This document shows positions 1 to 11,446 of a DNA stretch of 64,000 bases, one piece after another. The position numbers and the translations under genes are program-made. The DNA is from an uncultured Alphaproteobacteria bacterium (GTDB lineage Bacteria; Pseudomonadota; Alphaproteobacteria; HIMB59; GCA-002718135): contig CABXWB010000005.1 of assembly GCA_902515745.1 (NCBI GenBank), positions 21,303 to 85,302 on the forward strand. The letters are read 5' to 3'. The stretch's first letter is position 1, and each line of letters starts with the position of its first letter. Under the pieces are notes generated by a model that did no database searches, was not told where the DNA came from, and saw nothing but the letters and a program-made list of their open reading frames with translations.

Positions 1-332
1 GCTTAAGAAATGTGACAGAGTATTTATTGTCTATAAAAGAAGCTTACAGAGTTCTTAAACCTGGTGGTAAATATTGTTGCTTAGAATTTAGTACACCTAA
101 ATCATCGTTGATATCAAGTTCATATAAAATTTATAAATCAAAGATTTTACCTCTTTTAGGAGAAATAGTTGCTAAAGATAAAAATGCTTATAATTATTTG
201 AGTGAAAGTATTGATTTATTTCCATCACAAGAAGAGCTTAGTAAAAATCTAAGTGATTGTGGATTTACTAAAGTCGAGACTATTAATCTATTCAATGGAA
301 TTGTTGCTATACACACTGGTTACAAATTGTAA
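1..332 (+). CDS. ubiE: Ubiquinone/menaquinone C-methyltransferase UbiE, C-terminal part (5' end outside the window; reading frame starts at nt 3)
   Basis: The frame is open to the window edge. The translation LRNVTEYLL...RVLKPGGKYCCLEFS...NYLSESI matches the UbiE/MenG class I SAM-methyltransferase C-terminus. Its stop overlaps the next start (TAATG). Confidence 0.85.
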   Translation, partial: LRNVTEYLLSIKEAYRVLKPGGKYCCLEFSTPKSSLISSSYKIYKSKILPLLGEIVAKDKNAYNYLSESIDLFPSQEELSKNLSDCGFTKVETINLFNGIVAIHTGYKL

Positions 333-1501
333 TGAATAAAATTTTATTAATTATAAGTGGCTCTATTGCTGCATCCAAATGTAAAGAAATTATTACTTTG
401 CTAAATATCAATGAAATTAAGATTAGCTGTATTCTAACTAACGAGGCTAAAAAATATATAAAAACATCAGATATAAAAAAATTACTTAAAAATAGAATAT
501 TTACAGATGAAGATGAGAAAAAAAATAAGATGCTCCATATTAATTTATCAAGAGGTAATGATATAATAGTTGTGTGTCCAGCTACAGCTAATTCTATTGC
601 AAAATTTGCTAATGGATATGGAGATAATTTAGCTTCTAATACATTGCTTGCTGCAAATAAAAAAATTTTGTTTGTCCCCGCAATGAATAGTTTTATGTGG
701 CATAATAAAATTAATCAAAAAAATGTGAAATTATTAAAAGATAATGGTCATGAGTTTATTGGTCCAAAAATTGGATATCTAAAATGTGGAGAATTTGGTT
801 TAGGAAGAATTGATAACTCAAAAAATATAGTAAATAAAATTTTAAGCAGATTAGAAAATATTAATTTATTAAAAGATAAAAAATGCCTAGTAACTGCAGG
901 ACCAACAATTGAAATGATTGATCCAGTTAGGTTTATTTCTAATCAATCTTCTGGAAAACAAGGCTATGAAATTGCTTCACAACTAGTTTTATATGGAGCG
1001 AATGTAACCTTGATATCTGGACCAACAAAATTAGATCCTCCACCAAATTTGAAATTTATTCAAATAAAATCGGCAAACGAAATGTATCAAAAAATTAGAA
1101 AAATTTCTAAAATTGATATAGGAATTTTTACAGCTGCAGTATCTGATTTCAAAAATAAAAATATATATAAATCCAAGATTAAAAAAAATGAAAAATTAAA
1201 TATTAGTCTTAATAAGAATATTGATATTTTAGAAAAAATTGGAAAAAGCAAAACTCAAAGGCCTAAATTTTTAGTAGGTTTTGCAGCTGAAACAGGAGGC
1301 ATTAATAATGCTAAAAAAAAATTAGCAGATAAAAAATGTGATATGATTGTTTACAATAAAATCGATAGTAAAAATAAAGTTTTTGGTTCAGATTATAATC
1401 GGATATCAATAATTACAAAAAACCAGATAAAAAAATTTAAGAAAATGACAAAGGTAAATTGTGCAAAGCAAATTATAAAACAAATTTATAATTCTGTATA
1501 G
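332..1501 (+). CDS. coaBC: Bifunctional phosphopantothenoylcysteine decarboxylase / phosphopantothenate-cysteine ligase (CoaBC/Dfp)
   Basis: 389 aa. It has an N-terminal flavoprotein domain (ILLIISGSIAASK, PATANSIAKFANG) and a C-terminal ligase domain (LVTAGPTIEMIDPVRFISNQSSGKQG). Confidence 0.92.
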   Translation: MNKILLIISGSIAASKCKEIITLLNINEIKISCILTNEAKKYIKTSDIKKLLKNRIFTDEDEKKNKMLHINLSRGNDIIVVCPATANSIAKFANGYGDNLASNTLLAANKKILFVPAMNSFMWHNKINQKNVKLLKDNGHEFIGPKIGYLKCGEFGLGRIDNSKNIVNKILSRLENINLLKDKKCLVTAGPTIEMIDPVRFISNQSSGKQGYEIASQLVLYGANVTLISGPTKLDPPPNLKFIQIKSANEMYQKIRKISKIDIGIFTAAVSDFKNKNIYKSKIKKNEKLNISLNKNIDILEKIGKSKTQRPKFLVGFAAETGGINNAKKKLADKKCDMIVYNKIDSKNKVFGSDYNRISIITKNQIKKFKKMTKVNCAKQIIKQIYNSV

Positions 1502-1505
1502 AATT

Positions 1506-2258
1506 ATGAATAATTACTCTGAAGAAGAATATAAAATTTTCAGCAGATTATTTATTTTAAAAGAATTTTCTGAAGAAAATCTAAAAAAATTATCAAATAT
1601 AAAAATTGGTATTGTGGGTATGGGAGGTATAGGATGTCCTTTAAGTCAATATTTAGTCAACTCTGGAATAAAAGAATTGTTAATAGTAGATGGAGACATT
1701 GTTGAAAAAAGTAATCTTAATAGACAAATTTTGTTTAATTTAAATGATATTGGAAGAAAAAAGGTTGATGTAGCAAAAAATAAATTACGATTAATTAATA
1801 CTGAATGTAAAATTCATACTATTGATGAAAATATTAATTCTTTAAATTTAAATTCTTTAAAAGAATGTTCTATAATTGTTGATGCAACTGATGATTGGGT
1901 AAGTTCTAAATTGTTAAATGAATATTGTCTTAAAAACTCAATCAATTTTTTATATTCCTCTGCATTAAGACACGATTTACAAATAATTCTTTTCAATAAT
2001 TCAAATAAAAATAATCATCTATGTTTAAATTGTATCTTTCCTAACAAAGATGAAGTTGATCTTCCCAGATGTGATGTAGTAGGTATTTCAGGTATTTCTT
2101 CAGGGTTAGCAGGTTTGATTACTGCTCAAAAAATAATTAATTTCTATTTAAATTTAAAGGATGAAACTAATATAATGACAATTTCTGATGGAAAAAAATT
2201 AAGCATTGATAATATTGTTATTAAAAGTAAACATGATTGTTATTTAAAATCAGTTTAA
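1506..2258 (+). CDS. ThiF/MoeB/HesA-family adenylyltransferase (E1-like)
   Basis: 250 aa. It carries the nucleotide loop IGIVGMGGIGCP, the NLNRQ motif and a CxxC pair (LCLNC) typical of the ThiF/MoeB family. Confidence 0.85.
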   Translation: MNNYSEEEYKIFSRLFILKEFSEENLKKLSNIKIGIVGMGGIGCPLSQYLVNSGIKELLIVDGDIVEKSNLNRQILFNLNDIGRKKVDVAKNKLRLINTECKIHTIDENINSLNLNSLKECSIIVDATDDWVSSKLLNEYCLKNSINFLYSSALRHDLQIILFNNSNKNNHLCLNCIFPNKDEVDLPRCDVVGISGISSGLAGLITAQKIINFYLNLKDETNIMTISDGKKLSIDNIVIKSKHDCYLKSV

Positions 2259-2297
2259 GTTAATTGATAAATACATAAAAAAAGTTTAATTAAAATT

Positions 2298-2804
2298 ATG
2301 AAACAAAATTCATTTACCTACGATCAATTGATTGATTGTGCAAAAGGTGTTCTTTTTGGAAAAGGGAATGCACAACTTCCAATGCCTCCTATGTTAATGT
2401 TTGACAGAATTACTTCAATAAATGAGAATGGAGGAGTATTCGCTAAAGGTGAGGTTATTGCAGAATTAGATATTAAAGAAGACTTATGGTTTTTTGAATG
2501 TCATTTTAAAGATGATCCCGTAATGCCGGGTTGTTTAGGTTTGGATGCTATGTGGCAATTACTTGGTTTTTATTTAGGATGGCTTGGTCAACCAGGAAAA
2601 GGTAGAGCTTTAGGAGTTGGAGAAGTTAAGTTTACCGGTCAGGTATTACAAAAAGTCAAAAAAGTAACTTATCATATATCTCTTAAAAGACTTATACTAA
2701 GAAAATTGATTTTAGGAGTTGGAGATGGTGTTTTAAAAGCTGATGGTGAAACAATTTATGAAGCTAAAGATATGAAAGTCGGTTTATTTTCACCTGAGAA
2801 ATAA
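2298..2804 (+). CDS. fabA: 3-hydroxydecanoyl-ACP dehydratase/isomerase FabA
   Basis: 168 aa. The active-site region [24 protein letters not shown] is present, and fabB follows directly. Confidence 0.95.
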   Translation: MKQNSFTYDQLIDCAKGVLFGKGNAQLPMPPMLMFDRITSINENGGVFAKGEVIAELDIKEDLWFFECHFKDDPVMPGCLGLDAMWQLLGFYLGWLGQPGKGRALGVGEVKFTGQVLQKVKKVTYHISLKRLILRKLILGVGDGVLKADGETIYEAKDMKVGLFSPEK

Positions 2805-2807
2805 GTA

Positions 2808-4025
2808 ATGAATAGAGTAGTAGTAACAGGTTTAGGAATAGTATCATGTATTGGTAATAATCAATCGGATGTTATAGACAGTCTTAAAAATTTGAAATCT
2901 GGGATAACAAGTGCAGAAGAGTATGAGGAGTTTTCTTTTAGAAGTCTTGTACACGGTAAACCAAATATAGATATTAGTAACAAAATTGATAGAAGATTAC
3001 TAAGGTTTATGGGTGATGGAGCTGCCTACAACTATATTGCGATGAAAGATGCTATAGACGACTCAGGGCTGGACGATAGTGATATTTCAAATGAAATGAC
3101 TGGTATAATTGTTGGTTCAGGTGGTCCATCTACTCAAAATTTATTTAAGTCTTCTGAAATTGGGAAGAGTTCGGGTTCAAAAAAAATTGGACCATTTATG
3201 GTGCCAAGAGCAATGTCTAGTACAAATTCTGCAACACTTGCGACTCCTTTTAAGATTAAAGGAGTTAACTATTCAATTACTTCAGCATGTTCTACAAGTT
3301 CACATTGTATTGGTAATGCGTACGAACTAATTCAGATGGGAAAACAAAACATTGTTTTTGCTGGAGGAGGTGAAGAGCTCCATTGGACTTTATCAATTTT
3401 ATTTGATGCAATGGGTGCTTTGTCATCAAAATATAATTCTACTCCAAACAAATCTTCAAGGGCATATGATGCAGATAGAGATGGATTTGTAATTGCTGGT
3501 GGGGGTGGAACTTTAGTACTTGAAGAATTAGAGCATGCAAAAGCTAGAGGTGCTAAAATATATGGTGAAATAACAGGATATGGAGCAACCTCAGATGGAT
3601 ACGATATGGTACAGCCTTCTGGAGAAGGAGCAGAAAGATGCATGAAGCAAGCATTAAAAAATATTGATGATAAAATTGATTATATAAATACACATGGAAC
3701 AAGCACTCCAATAGGAGATGTAAAAGAATTGGAAGCAATCAAAAATGTTTTTGGTTCAAATATTCCTAAAATGAGCTCAACAAAATCTTTGACTGGTCAT
3801 TCTTTAGGGGCAACTGGTGTGCATGAGGCAATTTATAGTTTATTGATGATGAAAAATAATTTTATTAGTGGTTCTGCTAATATTGAAAATCTAGATGATA
3901 GTGCCAAAGATTGTAATATTCTTTTAAAAACGGAAAATGACCTTGAAATTGAGCATGTTATGTCGAATAGTTTTGGTTTTGGTGGTACAAATGCAACATT
4001 AGTTTTTTCAAAATATCATGCTTAA
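2808..4025 (+). CDS. fabB: Beta-ketoacyl-ACP synthase I FabB
   Basis: 405 aa. It has the KAS fold with the active-site Cys in [10 protein letters not shown] and the His motifs HGTSTP and GHSLGATG. It sits in fabA-fabB synteny. Confidence 0.93.
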   Translation: MNRVVVTGLGIVSCIGNNQSDVIDSLKNLKSGITSAEEYEEFSFRSLVHGKPNIDISNKIDRRLLRFMGDGAAYNYIAMKDAIDDSGLDDSDISNEMTGIIVGSGGPSTQNLFKSSEIGKSSGSKKIGPFMVPRAMSSTNSATLATPFKIKGVNYSITSACSTSSHCIGNAYELIQMGKQNIVFAGGGEELHWTLSILFDAMGALSSKYNSTPNKSSRAYDADRDGFVIAGGGGTLVLEELEHAKARGAKIYGEITGYGATSDGYDMVQPSGEGAERCMKQALKNIDDKIDYINTHGTSTPIGDVKELEAIKNVFGSNIPKMSSTKSLTGHSLGATGVHEAIYSLLMMKNNFISGSANIENLDDSAKDCNILLKTENDLEIEHVMSNSFGFGGTNATLVFSKYHA

Positions 4026-4791
4026 TAAAAAAAAAGGTTTAGTATTTGGTATTGCAAATAATCATTCAATTGCATGGGGAATAGCAAAACAACTAGCTAA
4101 AAATGGTGCTGAAATAGCCATTGGTTATCAAAATGAAATATTATTGAAGAGAGTGAAACCGCTTTCTGAAGAAATTAATTCAAAAATATTAATAGAATGT
4201 GATTTTAATAATGATGACTCAATAAACAAATCTGTAGAAATTATAAAAAAAGAATGGGGCACAATTGATTTTATAATTCATGCTGTTGCATTTGCAGATA
4301 AGTCAGAGTTAAATGGCAGATATGTTGATACTACGAAGGATAATTTTATTAATTGTTTGGAAATATCATGTTTTTCTTTAACTAGTCTTGCAAGAAATTT
4401 TGAACCTATAATGAATGATGGAGGAAGTATTCTCACCCTTACTTTTTACGGGTCAAATAAAGTAATACCAAATTACAATTTAATGGGAATTGCAAAAGCC
4501 GCTTTAGAAACAAGTGTAAAATACTTAAGTGTGGATTTAGGCACAAAAAATATTCGTGTTAATGCAATCTCAGCAGGACCTATGAGAACAGTTGCTGGTG
4601 CAGCAATAAATAATGCTAGGGAGGTGTTTAAATTTACAGAAGAACATTCAGCATTGAAACGAAATGCAAAACTAGATGAAATTGGTAAATCTGCTTTATA
4701 CTTTGTTAGTGATTTATCTTCTGCAGTTACTGGTGAAGTGCATTATGTTGACTGTGGTTACAATATTATCGGAATGCCCAATAAGTTCTAA
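4018..4791 (+). CDS. fabI: Enoyl-ACP reductase (NADH) FabI
   Basis: 257 aa. It carries [22 protein letters not shown] and ISAGP motifs of SDR-type FabI. It overlaps fabB by 8 nt. Confidence 0.93.
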   Translation: MLNKKKGLVFGIANNHSIAWGIAKQLAKNGAEIAIGYQNEILLKRVKPLSEEINSKILIECDFNNDDSINKSVEIIKKEWGTIDFIIHAVAFADKSELNGRYVDTTKDNFINCLEISCFSLTSLARNFEPIMNDGGSILTLTFYGSNKVIPNYNLMGIAKAALETSVKYLSVDLGTKNIRVNAISAGPMRTVAGAAINNAREVFKFTEEHSALKRNAKLDEIGKSALYFVSDLSSAVTGEVHYVDCGYNIIGMPNKF

Positions 4792-5543
4792 AATTTTCCC
4801 AATAAATCTAAAGGATTATCAACAAAAATACTATCAACACCTATGGAGAAAATATCATTAGCACTAGATAAATTTATATTTTTATTCGAATAAACAGTTA
4901 TTGCCATATTGGATTCTTTAATTTTTTTTATAATATCAGCAGTAACAAGATCTATATTTAATCCACAAATTTTTAAATCATGATTAATTGAAATACTAAT
5001 CAAATCATCAATATTATATTTTTTAAAATCATCTAATAAAAAACTGCGTATAGATTGAGGGTAAAGTTTTGAAATTTCCAAAATAGAAATCATATCAAAT
5101 GAGGAGAAAAAAATATCTACTTGATTAATATTTTTTATAATTTTATATATTTGATAAACATTTTCTTTTTCAAAATTTTTATTGGGTTTTAATTCGATAT
5201 TTAAATTACCATTATAATTAGTACACAAACTAAGAATATCTTCTAACTTTGGAACAAAAATATTTGTATTTTCTTTATAAAAAAATTTTCCCGCATCAAG
5301 TCTTTTTATGTTCTCATAATCATAATCAATAGCAAGCCCACTTCCATTAGTAGTTCTATCAAGTGTGTCATCATGTAATAAAATTGGAACTCTGTCTTTA
5401 GAAATCTTAACATCTATTTCTACAAAACTTAAACCTAAATCGAATGCCTTTAAGATAGATTCTAAAGTGTTTTCTGGACACAGATCTTTTACACCTCTGT
5501 GCCCAATTAATTTAGGTAATTTAAGCGTTTTCTTCTGCGTCAA
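4788..5543 (-). CDS. ugpQ: Cytoplasmic glycerophosphodiester phosphodiesterase (GDPD family, UgpQ-like)
   Basis: 251 aa. GHRG...PENT and EIDV motifs are present and there is no signal peptide. Its stop codon overlaps the fabI stop, a 4-nt convergent overlap. Confidence 0.85.
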   Translation of the reverse strand: MTQKKTLKLPKLIGHRGVKDLCPENTLESILKAFDLGLSFVEIDVKISKDRVPILLHDDTLDRTTNGSGLAIDYDYENIKRLDAGKFFYKENTNIFVPKLEDILSLCTNYNGNLNIELKPNKNFEKENVYQIYKIIKNINQVDIFFSSFDMISILEISKLYPQSIRSFLLDDFKKYNIDDLISISINHDLKICGLNIDLVTADIIKKIKESNMAITVYSNKNINLSSANDIFSIGVDSIFVDNPLDLLGKF

Positions 5544-7614
5544 CTGCTTTCATAGAAAGTTTTATTTTTCCTCTTGAGTCGATATCCAATACTTTTACTT
5601 TAACGATATCTCCTTCACTAATAACATCTTCAACTTTCTCTACTCTTTCATTTTTTAATTGACTAATATGAACAAGACCATCTGTAGACCCCATGAAATT
5701 TACAAAAGCACCAAAGTCCATTATCTTTATAACTTTACCATCATAAATTTTCCCAATCTCTGGCTCTTCAACAATACCTTTGATCCATTCTAATGCATCA
5801 TTTCCAGATTTTTGATCGACAGCTGCAATACTCACTAAACCTTCATCATTAATTTCAATTTTAGCTCCAGTTGTTTCAGATATTTCTCTAATAACAGCTC
5901 CTCCTTTACCAATAACTTCTCTGATTTTATCTTTGTTTATTTGAAGGTTAGTTATTGTTGGTGCGTATTGTGAAATTGATTTTTTTGGTTTATCAATTGC
6001 CTTAGCCATTTCGCCTAATATATGGAAACGTCCATCTTTAGCTTGAGCTAAAGCTTCTTTCATTATTTCAGGCGTTATGCTTGTTATCTTAATATCCATT
6101 TGAAGAGACGTAATGCCTTCTGAAGTTCCAGCTACTTTAAAATCCATATCTCCCAAATGATCTTCATCACCTAAGATATCTGACAAAATTACATACTTAT
6201 CATCTTCTTTAATTAACCCCATCGCAATTCCAGCTACTGGTCTTTCTAATGGTACACCTGCATCCATTAAAGACATAGATGTGCCACACACAGTTGCCAT
6301 TGAGCTAGATCCGTTTGATTCTGTAATCTCAGAGACAACTCTATAAGTGTATGGGAATTTTTCGTTTGAAGGCAACATTGGATGTATTGCTCTCCATGCT
6401 AGTTTTCCATGACCAATTTCTCTTCTGCTAGTTGAACCGACCCTACCGACTTCTCCAACTGAGTATGGTGGAAAATTATAGTGAAGCATAAATTTTTCAG
6501 TATATTCTCCATCAATAGCATCAATTCTTTGCTCATCTTGACCAGTGCCTAAAGTTGATACAACAATTGCTTGCGTTTCTCCTCTGGTGAATAATGCTGA
6601 TCCATGTGTACGTTCTAGAATACCTGTTTCACATACAATTGGTCGAACAGTTTTTGTATCTCTTCCATCAATTCTTTTACCAGTATTGATTAGCTCACCT
6701 CTAACAATATCTTTCTCAACATTTTTGATAGCATCAGCTATTATTACTGCTGATAGTGTTTCAGATGTATATTTTTCAGAAATTGAATTTCTAATAGAAG
6801 ATAATTGATCTGATCTCTTTTGTTTTTCTATTATTTTATATGCATCTATAAAATCATTACCAAACTCACTACTAATATTTGTTGGTAGATTTTTAATCTC
6901 ATCTTCTTTTTCTTTTAATTCCCATGGATCTTTTGCTGCTTTTTTTGCTAGAGCTATAATTGCATCAATTACTGCTTTGTAACTATCTTGGCCAAGAACA
7001 ACGGCATCTAACATCTGTTTTTCTGAGAGCTCATGTGCTTCAGACTCAATCATTAAGACACCCTCTTTTGTTCCTGCTAACACTAACTCTAGTTTTGTAT
7101 TAGCTAATTGACTTTTTGTTGGGTTAACAACAAACTCATTATCAATAAAACCAATTTTTATTGCGCCTAATGGTCCTAAAAATGGCAATCCAGATAATGT
7201 CAATGCTGCACTTGCAGCAACTAGCGCTACTACATCTGAGTCATTTTCTTGATCATGTGATAAAACTGTACATGTAACTTGAGTTTCATTTTTGAAATCT
7301 TTGTGAAATAATGGTCTAACGGGTCTATCAATTAGACGACAGACTAAAGTTTCTTTTTCAGTAGGTCTAGCTTCTCTTTTAAAAAAACCGCCTGGAATTT
7401 TACCTACTGAGTAATATTTTTCCTGATAGTTTACTGTTAGTGGAAAAAAATCAATATCTGGTTTTGCTTCTTTTGCCGCCACTACATTTGCCATGACTGT
7501 AGTTCCACCATAAGTGGCTAATACCGTTGCATCAGCTTGTCTTGCTATTTTTCCAGTTTCTAGTTTAAGTTTTCTACCTGCCCATTCAATTTCTACATTT
7601 TTTACATCAAACAT
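5521..7614 (-). CDS. pnp: Polyribonucleotide nucleotidyltransferase (PNPase)
   Basis: 697 aa. It has two RNase PH domains plus C-terminal KH and S1 domains, with full-length resemblance to Pnp. It lies in rpsO-pnp synteny. Confidence 0.97.
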   Translation of the reverse strand: MFDVKNVEIEWAGRKLKLETGKIARQADATVLATYGGTTVMANVVAAKEAKPDIDFFPLTVNYQEKYYSVGKIPGGFFKREARPTEKETLVCRLIDRPVRPLFHKDFKNETQVTCTVLSHDQENDSDVVALVAASAALTLSGLPFLGPLGAIKIGFIDNEFVVNPTKSQLANTKLELVLAGTKEGVLMIESEAHELSEKQMLDAVVLGQDSYKAVIDAIIALAKKAAKDPWELKEKEDEIKNLPTNISSEFGNDFIDAYKIIEKQKRSDQLSSIRNSISEKYTSETLSAVIIADAIKNVEKDIVRGELINTGKRIDGRDTKTVRPIVCETGILERTHGSALFTRGETQAIVVSTLGTGQDEQRIDAIDGEYTEKFMLHYNFPPYSVGEVGRVGSTSRREIGHGKLAWRAIHPMLPSNEKFPYTYRVVSEITESNGSSSMATVCGTSMSLMDAGVPLERPVAGIAMGLIKEDDKYVILSDILGDEDHLGDMDFKVAGTSEGITSLQMDIKITSITPEIMKEALAQAKDGRFHILGEMAKAIDKPKKSISQYAPTITNLQINKDKIREVIGKGGAVIREISETTGAKIEINDEGLVSIAAVDQKSGNDALEWIKGIVEEPEIGKIYDGKVIKIMDFGAFVNFMGSTDGLVHISQLKNERVEKVEDVISEGDIVKVKVLDIDSRGKIKLSMKAVDAEENA

Positions 7615-7636
7615 AATTTCTATTCTTCCTCTTTTA

Positions 7637-7906
7637 TTATCCTCTAATATTTAGCTTTTTAATTAACTCTGAGTATTCAGAGTTGTTTTTTTTAGATAAG
7701 TAATTTAATAATTTTTTTCTTTTATTGACCAAAGCAACCAAACCTCTTTTGGAATGATTGTCTTTGTTATGTGATTTAAAATGTTCAGTTAAGTTTTTTA
7801 TTCTTTCTGTTAAAACTGCTATCTGAACACTTGTTGATCCAGTATCTTTATCATTTTTAGAAAATTCATTAATAAGATTTTTTTTATTTTCTTTAGTTAT
7901 CGACAT
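7637..7906 (-). CDS. rpsO: 30S ribosomal protein S15
   Basis: 89 aa. It has the typical S15 sequence ([22 protein letters not shown]...HSKRGL). Confidence 0.96.
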   Translation of the reverse strand: MSITKENKKNLINEFSKNDKDTGSTSVQIAVLTERIKNLTEHFKSHNKDNHSKRGLVALVNKRKKLLNYLSKKNNSEYSELIKKLNIRG

Positions 7907-7914
7907 CGGTTCTC

Positions 7915-8820
7915 CTATATTAATATTTTATTTGGTTTAAACAAACTACCATCTAATTTGCCTATTGAGACTATGTCTCCATTTTTAAATAAAAAAATAT
8001 TTTTTTTATCTAAATTGATTGATGAAGAATTAAAAATTTTTTTTTCATCAATCTTAATTGATCTCCCAAAAGATAAATTATCAATATCCAGTTGTTCTTC
8101 AATTTCATAAGCCAAGATGTCGTCCAGCATAGAGATTGATGGGGAAATACAATTAATTTCTTTGTGCCTTTGTCCTATTTTAAGAAGATCGTCCAGTAAA
8201 ATCGATGTTTTTTCAGTAAATTTGCCTACTTTTGACCTTTTTAATGAAGAAATATGACCATATGTTTTTAGGTCTAATGCAAAATCACGAGCAAAACTTC
8301 TAACGTAAAAACCTTTTCCGCATAAAATTTTAAATGAGGTTTTATTTGTACTATGATTAATAATAGTCAAATTTTCAATAAATACTTTTTTTGGTTTAAT
8401 CTCAAATATTTCATTATCTCTAAATAATTTATAAGCTCTTCTTCCATTAATTTTAACTGCTGAAACTTTAGGAGGTATTTGATCAATATAACCCAAATAA
8501 TTATCAATTTTTTTTTCAATTTCTTTTTTTTTGGGAAAATAATTAGATTCGAATAAAATTTCACCTTCAGCATCATCTGTTGTTGTTTGACTTCCCCATG
8601 TGATTGTAAACTCATATTCTTTGTTAATAATGCCGATGTATGGGATTAGTTTTGTTGCTTTTCCAATAGCAATAGGTAGCACACCCTCGGCCATAGGATC
8701 TAAGGTGCCAGCGTGACCAATTTTATCAATTGAAAATTTTTTTTTAATAGAATTAATTGCTTTAAAAGATGTAATATTTTTAGGTTTATATAAATTTATC
8801 CAACCTTGTTTTGAAATCAT
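7915..8820 (-). CDS. truB: tRNA pseudouridine-55 synthase TruB
   Basis: 301 aa. The catalytic Asp motif [15 protein letters not shown] is present, and it lies in rbfA-truB-rpsO synteny. Confidence 0.94.
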   Translation of the reverse strand: MISKQGWINLYKPKNITSFKAINSIKKKFSIDKIGHAGTLDPMAEGVLPIAIGKATKLIPYIGIINKEYEFTITWGSQTTTDDAEGEILFESNYFPKKKEIEKKIDNYLGYIDQIPPKVSAVKINGRRAYKLFRDNEIFEIKPKKVFIENLTIINHSTNKTSFKILCGKGFYVRSFARDFALDLKTYGHISSLKRSKVGKFTEKTSILLDDLLKIGQRHKEINCISPSISMLDDILAYEIEEQLDIDNLSFGRSIKIDEKKIFNSSSINLDKKNIFLFKNGDIVSIGKLDGSLFKPNKILI

Positions 8821-9185
8821 TACTTAATATCTCTAAGGACATTTTTGTTTAATAATAGGTTTTCAATTTTTTCTGCTTCGTCAAAGGTATCATCTAAATA
8901 AAAAGATAGTTTTGGTGTAAATTTAGAATTAATTTTTGCTTTTGATAAAAATTTTTGAAAAATATATTTTCTATCTTTCAAAACTTCTAAAATTTGTATT
9001 TTGTCCTTACCGCCAAGCGGCATAAAATATACATTAGCAATTTTTAGATCCTTAGACATTCTAACAAATGATATTGTTATTGAAGAAGAGTTAATATTTT
9101 CGTCAAAAAAATCTTCTTTTAGTAAACAATCACTTAATAATGACCTTATCAATTCTCCAAATCTAATTTGCCTTTGTGTATCCAT
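8820..9185 (-). CDS. rbfA: Ribosome-binding factor A
   Basis: 121 aa. It has an RbfA-like sequence and sits in the canonical position between infB and truB. Confidence 0.9.
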   Translation of the reverse strand: MDTQRQIRFGELIRSLLSDCLLKEDFFDENINSSSITISFVRMSKDLKIANVYFMPLGGKDKIQILEVLKDRKYIFQKFLSKAKINSKFTPKLSFYLDDTFDEAEKIENLLLNKNVLRDIK

Positions 9186-9197
9186 TGTAAAAAAACA

Positions 9198-11444
9198 TTA
9201 TAACTTTCTACTTGTAGAAACTTCTTCAAATGTTTCAATAATATCACCTACTTTTATATCACTATAATTATCTAGCATTACACCGCACTCAAAACCAGAC
9301 TTAACCTCAGATACTTCTTCCTTAAATCTTTTTAGACTACTAATTAGTCCTTTATGAATTACAATATTGTCTCTTAGAATTCTAATCTGAGATTTTCTAG
9401 AAATTAGACCGTCTTTAACCATACATCCTGCAATATTTCCAACTTTGGAAATACTGAAAACCTCTCTAATTTCTACATTACCTGTAATATTTTCAGAGAT
9501 ATCAGGTTTTAATAAACCAGTTAATAGGTTTTTTACATCATCAATTAGTTCATAAATGATTGAATAATATTTTATATCTACACCATCTCTTTTTGCTATA
9601 TCTCTTGCGTGAGGTAGCGCCCTGACATTAAAGCCAACAATAAAACCTTTTCCAGAGCTAGCTAGGGTAACATCACTCTCAGTAATTGCACCTACGCCTT
9701 TATAAATAACATTTACCTTAACTTCATCAGTTGAAAGTTTAGTTATTGAATTTTCAATTGCTTCTGCCGAACCTTGTACATCAGTTTTAATTACTACTGG
9801 AAGACTTGTTGCTTCACCTTTATTAATTTGAGCAAACATTTCTTCAACATTTGATTTTGCAACTGTATTTTTTTGAATTTGTAGTTTACTAGATCTAAAT
9901 TCTGCAATTTTACGAGCAATACTTTCATTTTCAACAACAATAAAATCGTCACCAGCTAAGGGGTTAGAATCAAATCCTAGTACTTCTACTGGTACTGATG
10001 GTTCAGCTTGTTTAATATTTTTTCCTTTGTCATCAATTAAAGCTTTAACTTTTCCCCATTCAGATCCTGATACAAAAATATCACTTACTTTTAAGGTTCC
10101 TTTTTGTACTAGGACTGTTGCTACTGAACCTCTACCTTTTTCAAGCTTAGATTCGATTACAGACCCTCTAGCTTTTCTATCAGGGTTAGCTTTAAGATTA
10201 AGAATATCTGCTTGTAGATGAATTGCTTCTTCTAGTTTATCTAAATTTGTTCCTTTAGTTGCAGATACTTCTATATCTAAAACTTCTCCACTAAGCTTCT
10301 CAACAATTACTTCATGACTTAGTAATTCATTTCTTACTTTATCAGGATCGGCTCCAGGAAGATCAATTTTGTTAATAGCTACAATTATTGGTACTTCAGC
10401 TGATTTTGCATGAGCAATTGATTCAATTGTCTGAGGTTTAATTCCATCATCAGCAGCCACAACAAGTATAACTATGTCCGTTGTTTTAGATCCTCTAGCT
10501 CTCATATTTGAAAAGGCAGCATGACCTGGAGTATCAATAAATGTAATTCTTTTATTATTATTATTTATTTGATAAGCTCCGATATGTTGAGTAATGCCTC
10601 CTGCTTCTCCAGATACTACGTTACTTTTTCTAAAAGCATCTAATAAAGATGTTTTACCATGATCAACATGACCCATGATTGTTACTACCGGAGCTCTTGT
10701 AATAAGACTGTCTTCATGATCTTCATGATCTTTGATATCATTTAATACATCATCATCTTTAACTACAGTTACTTTATGACCTAATTCTTCAGCAACTAAT
10801 TGAGCTGTATCAGATTCCAGTGATTGAGTAGCATTAGCCATAACGCCCATTTTCATAAGAACTTTTACTACGTCCGCTGTTTTTTCTGCCATTCTGTTAG
10901 CTAAATCTTGAACAGTGATAAAATCAGGAATAGAAATTTCTCTAGAAATTTTATTCTCATCATTGTCGTTTGCTGATTTAAGTTTTTCTTTTTCTCTAGC
11001 TCTTTTTATTTTAGCTAAACTTGGGAACCTATCAAATTCTTGTTCCTCTTGTTCTAATATTTTTTTTGCATCAGATTTACTAAAGTCGTCTTCAAGTGGT
11101 CTTAGGGTTGATTTCTTTTGCTGTGTTTTTTTATCAACAGTTTTTTTATTTTTATTTTCAAAATTTCTAGTTTTGTTAGGTGATGAAAAGTTTGGTTGTG
11201 GCGAAGAGTTAATGCCTGGTCTAGGAGTTCTTAAGCTAGATGATCCTCTAAAATTTGATTGAGTAGTTGATGAGCTTTTCTGTTGGTTATTTTTATTTTT
11301 AAAAACAATTTGAATTGTTTTTTTATTCCCACTATTTCTTGCCTTATCATCTGCTGGACCAAGATTTTTTCTTATTTGTAACCTACCTGATGAAGATAGT
11401 TTTAATGGTTTTTTCTTTTTACCTATATCTTTATCTTTATCCAA
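9198..11444 (-). CDS. infB: Translation initiation factor IF-2
   Basis: 748 aa. It has a low-complexity N-terminus and GTPase motifs GHVDHGKTSLLD, DTPGH and NKID. Confidence 0.97.
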   Translation of the reverse strand: MDKDKDIGKKKKPLKLSSSGRLQIRKNLGPADDKARNSGNKKTIQIVFKNKNNQQKSSSTTQSNFRGSSSLRTPRPGINSSPQPNFSSPNKTRNFENKNKKTVDKKTQQKKSTLRPLEDDFSKSDAKKILEQEEQEFDRFPSLAKIKRAREKEKLKSANDNDENKISREISIPDFITVQDLANRMAEKTADVVKVLMKMGVMANATQSLESDTAQLVAEELGHKVTVVKDDDVLNDIKDHEDHEDSLITRAPVVTIMGHVDHGKTSLLDAFRKSNVVSGEAGGITQHIGAYQINNNNKRITFIDTPGHAAFSNMRARGSKTTDIVILVVAADDGIKPQTIESIAHAKSAEVPIIVAINKIDLPGADPDKVRNELLSHEVIVEKLSGEVLDIEVSATKGTNLDKLEEAIHLQADILNLKANPDRKARGSVIESKLEKGRGSVATVLVQKGTLKVSDIFVSGSEWGKVKALIDDKGKNIKQAEPSVPVEVLGFDSNPLAGDDFIVVENESIARKIAEFRSSKLQIQKNTVAKSNVEEMFAQINKGEATSLPVVIKTDVQGSAEAIENSITKLSTDEVKVNVIYKGVGAITESDVTLASSGKGFIVGFNVRALPHARDIAKRDGVDIKYYSIIYELIDDVKNLLTGLLKPDISENITGNVEIREVFSISKVGNIAGCMVKDGLISRKSQIRILRDNIVIHKGLISSLKRFKEEVSEVKSGFECGVMLDNYSDIKVGDIIETFEEVSTSRKL

Positions 11445-11446
11445 TT

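Noticed and set aside
3109-3738. Track ORFs 3109-3330(+), 3332-3643(-) and 3553-3738(-) lie inside fabB.
   Set aside because: They lie wholly within the strongly supported fabB reading frame, in another frame or on the other strand. Their translations are low-complexity (Leu/Pro/Ser runs) with no recognisable motifs.
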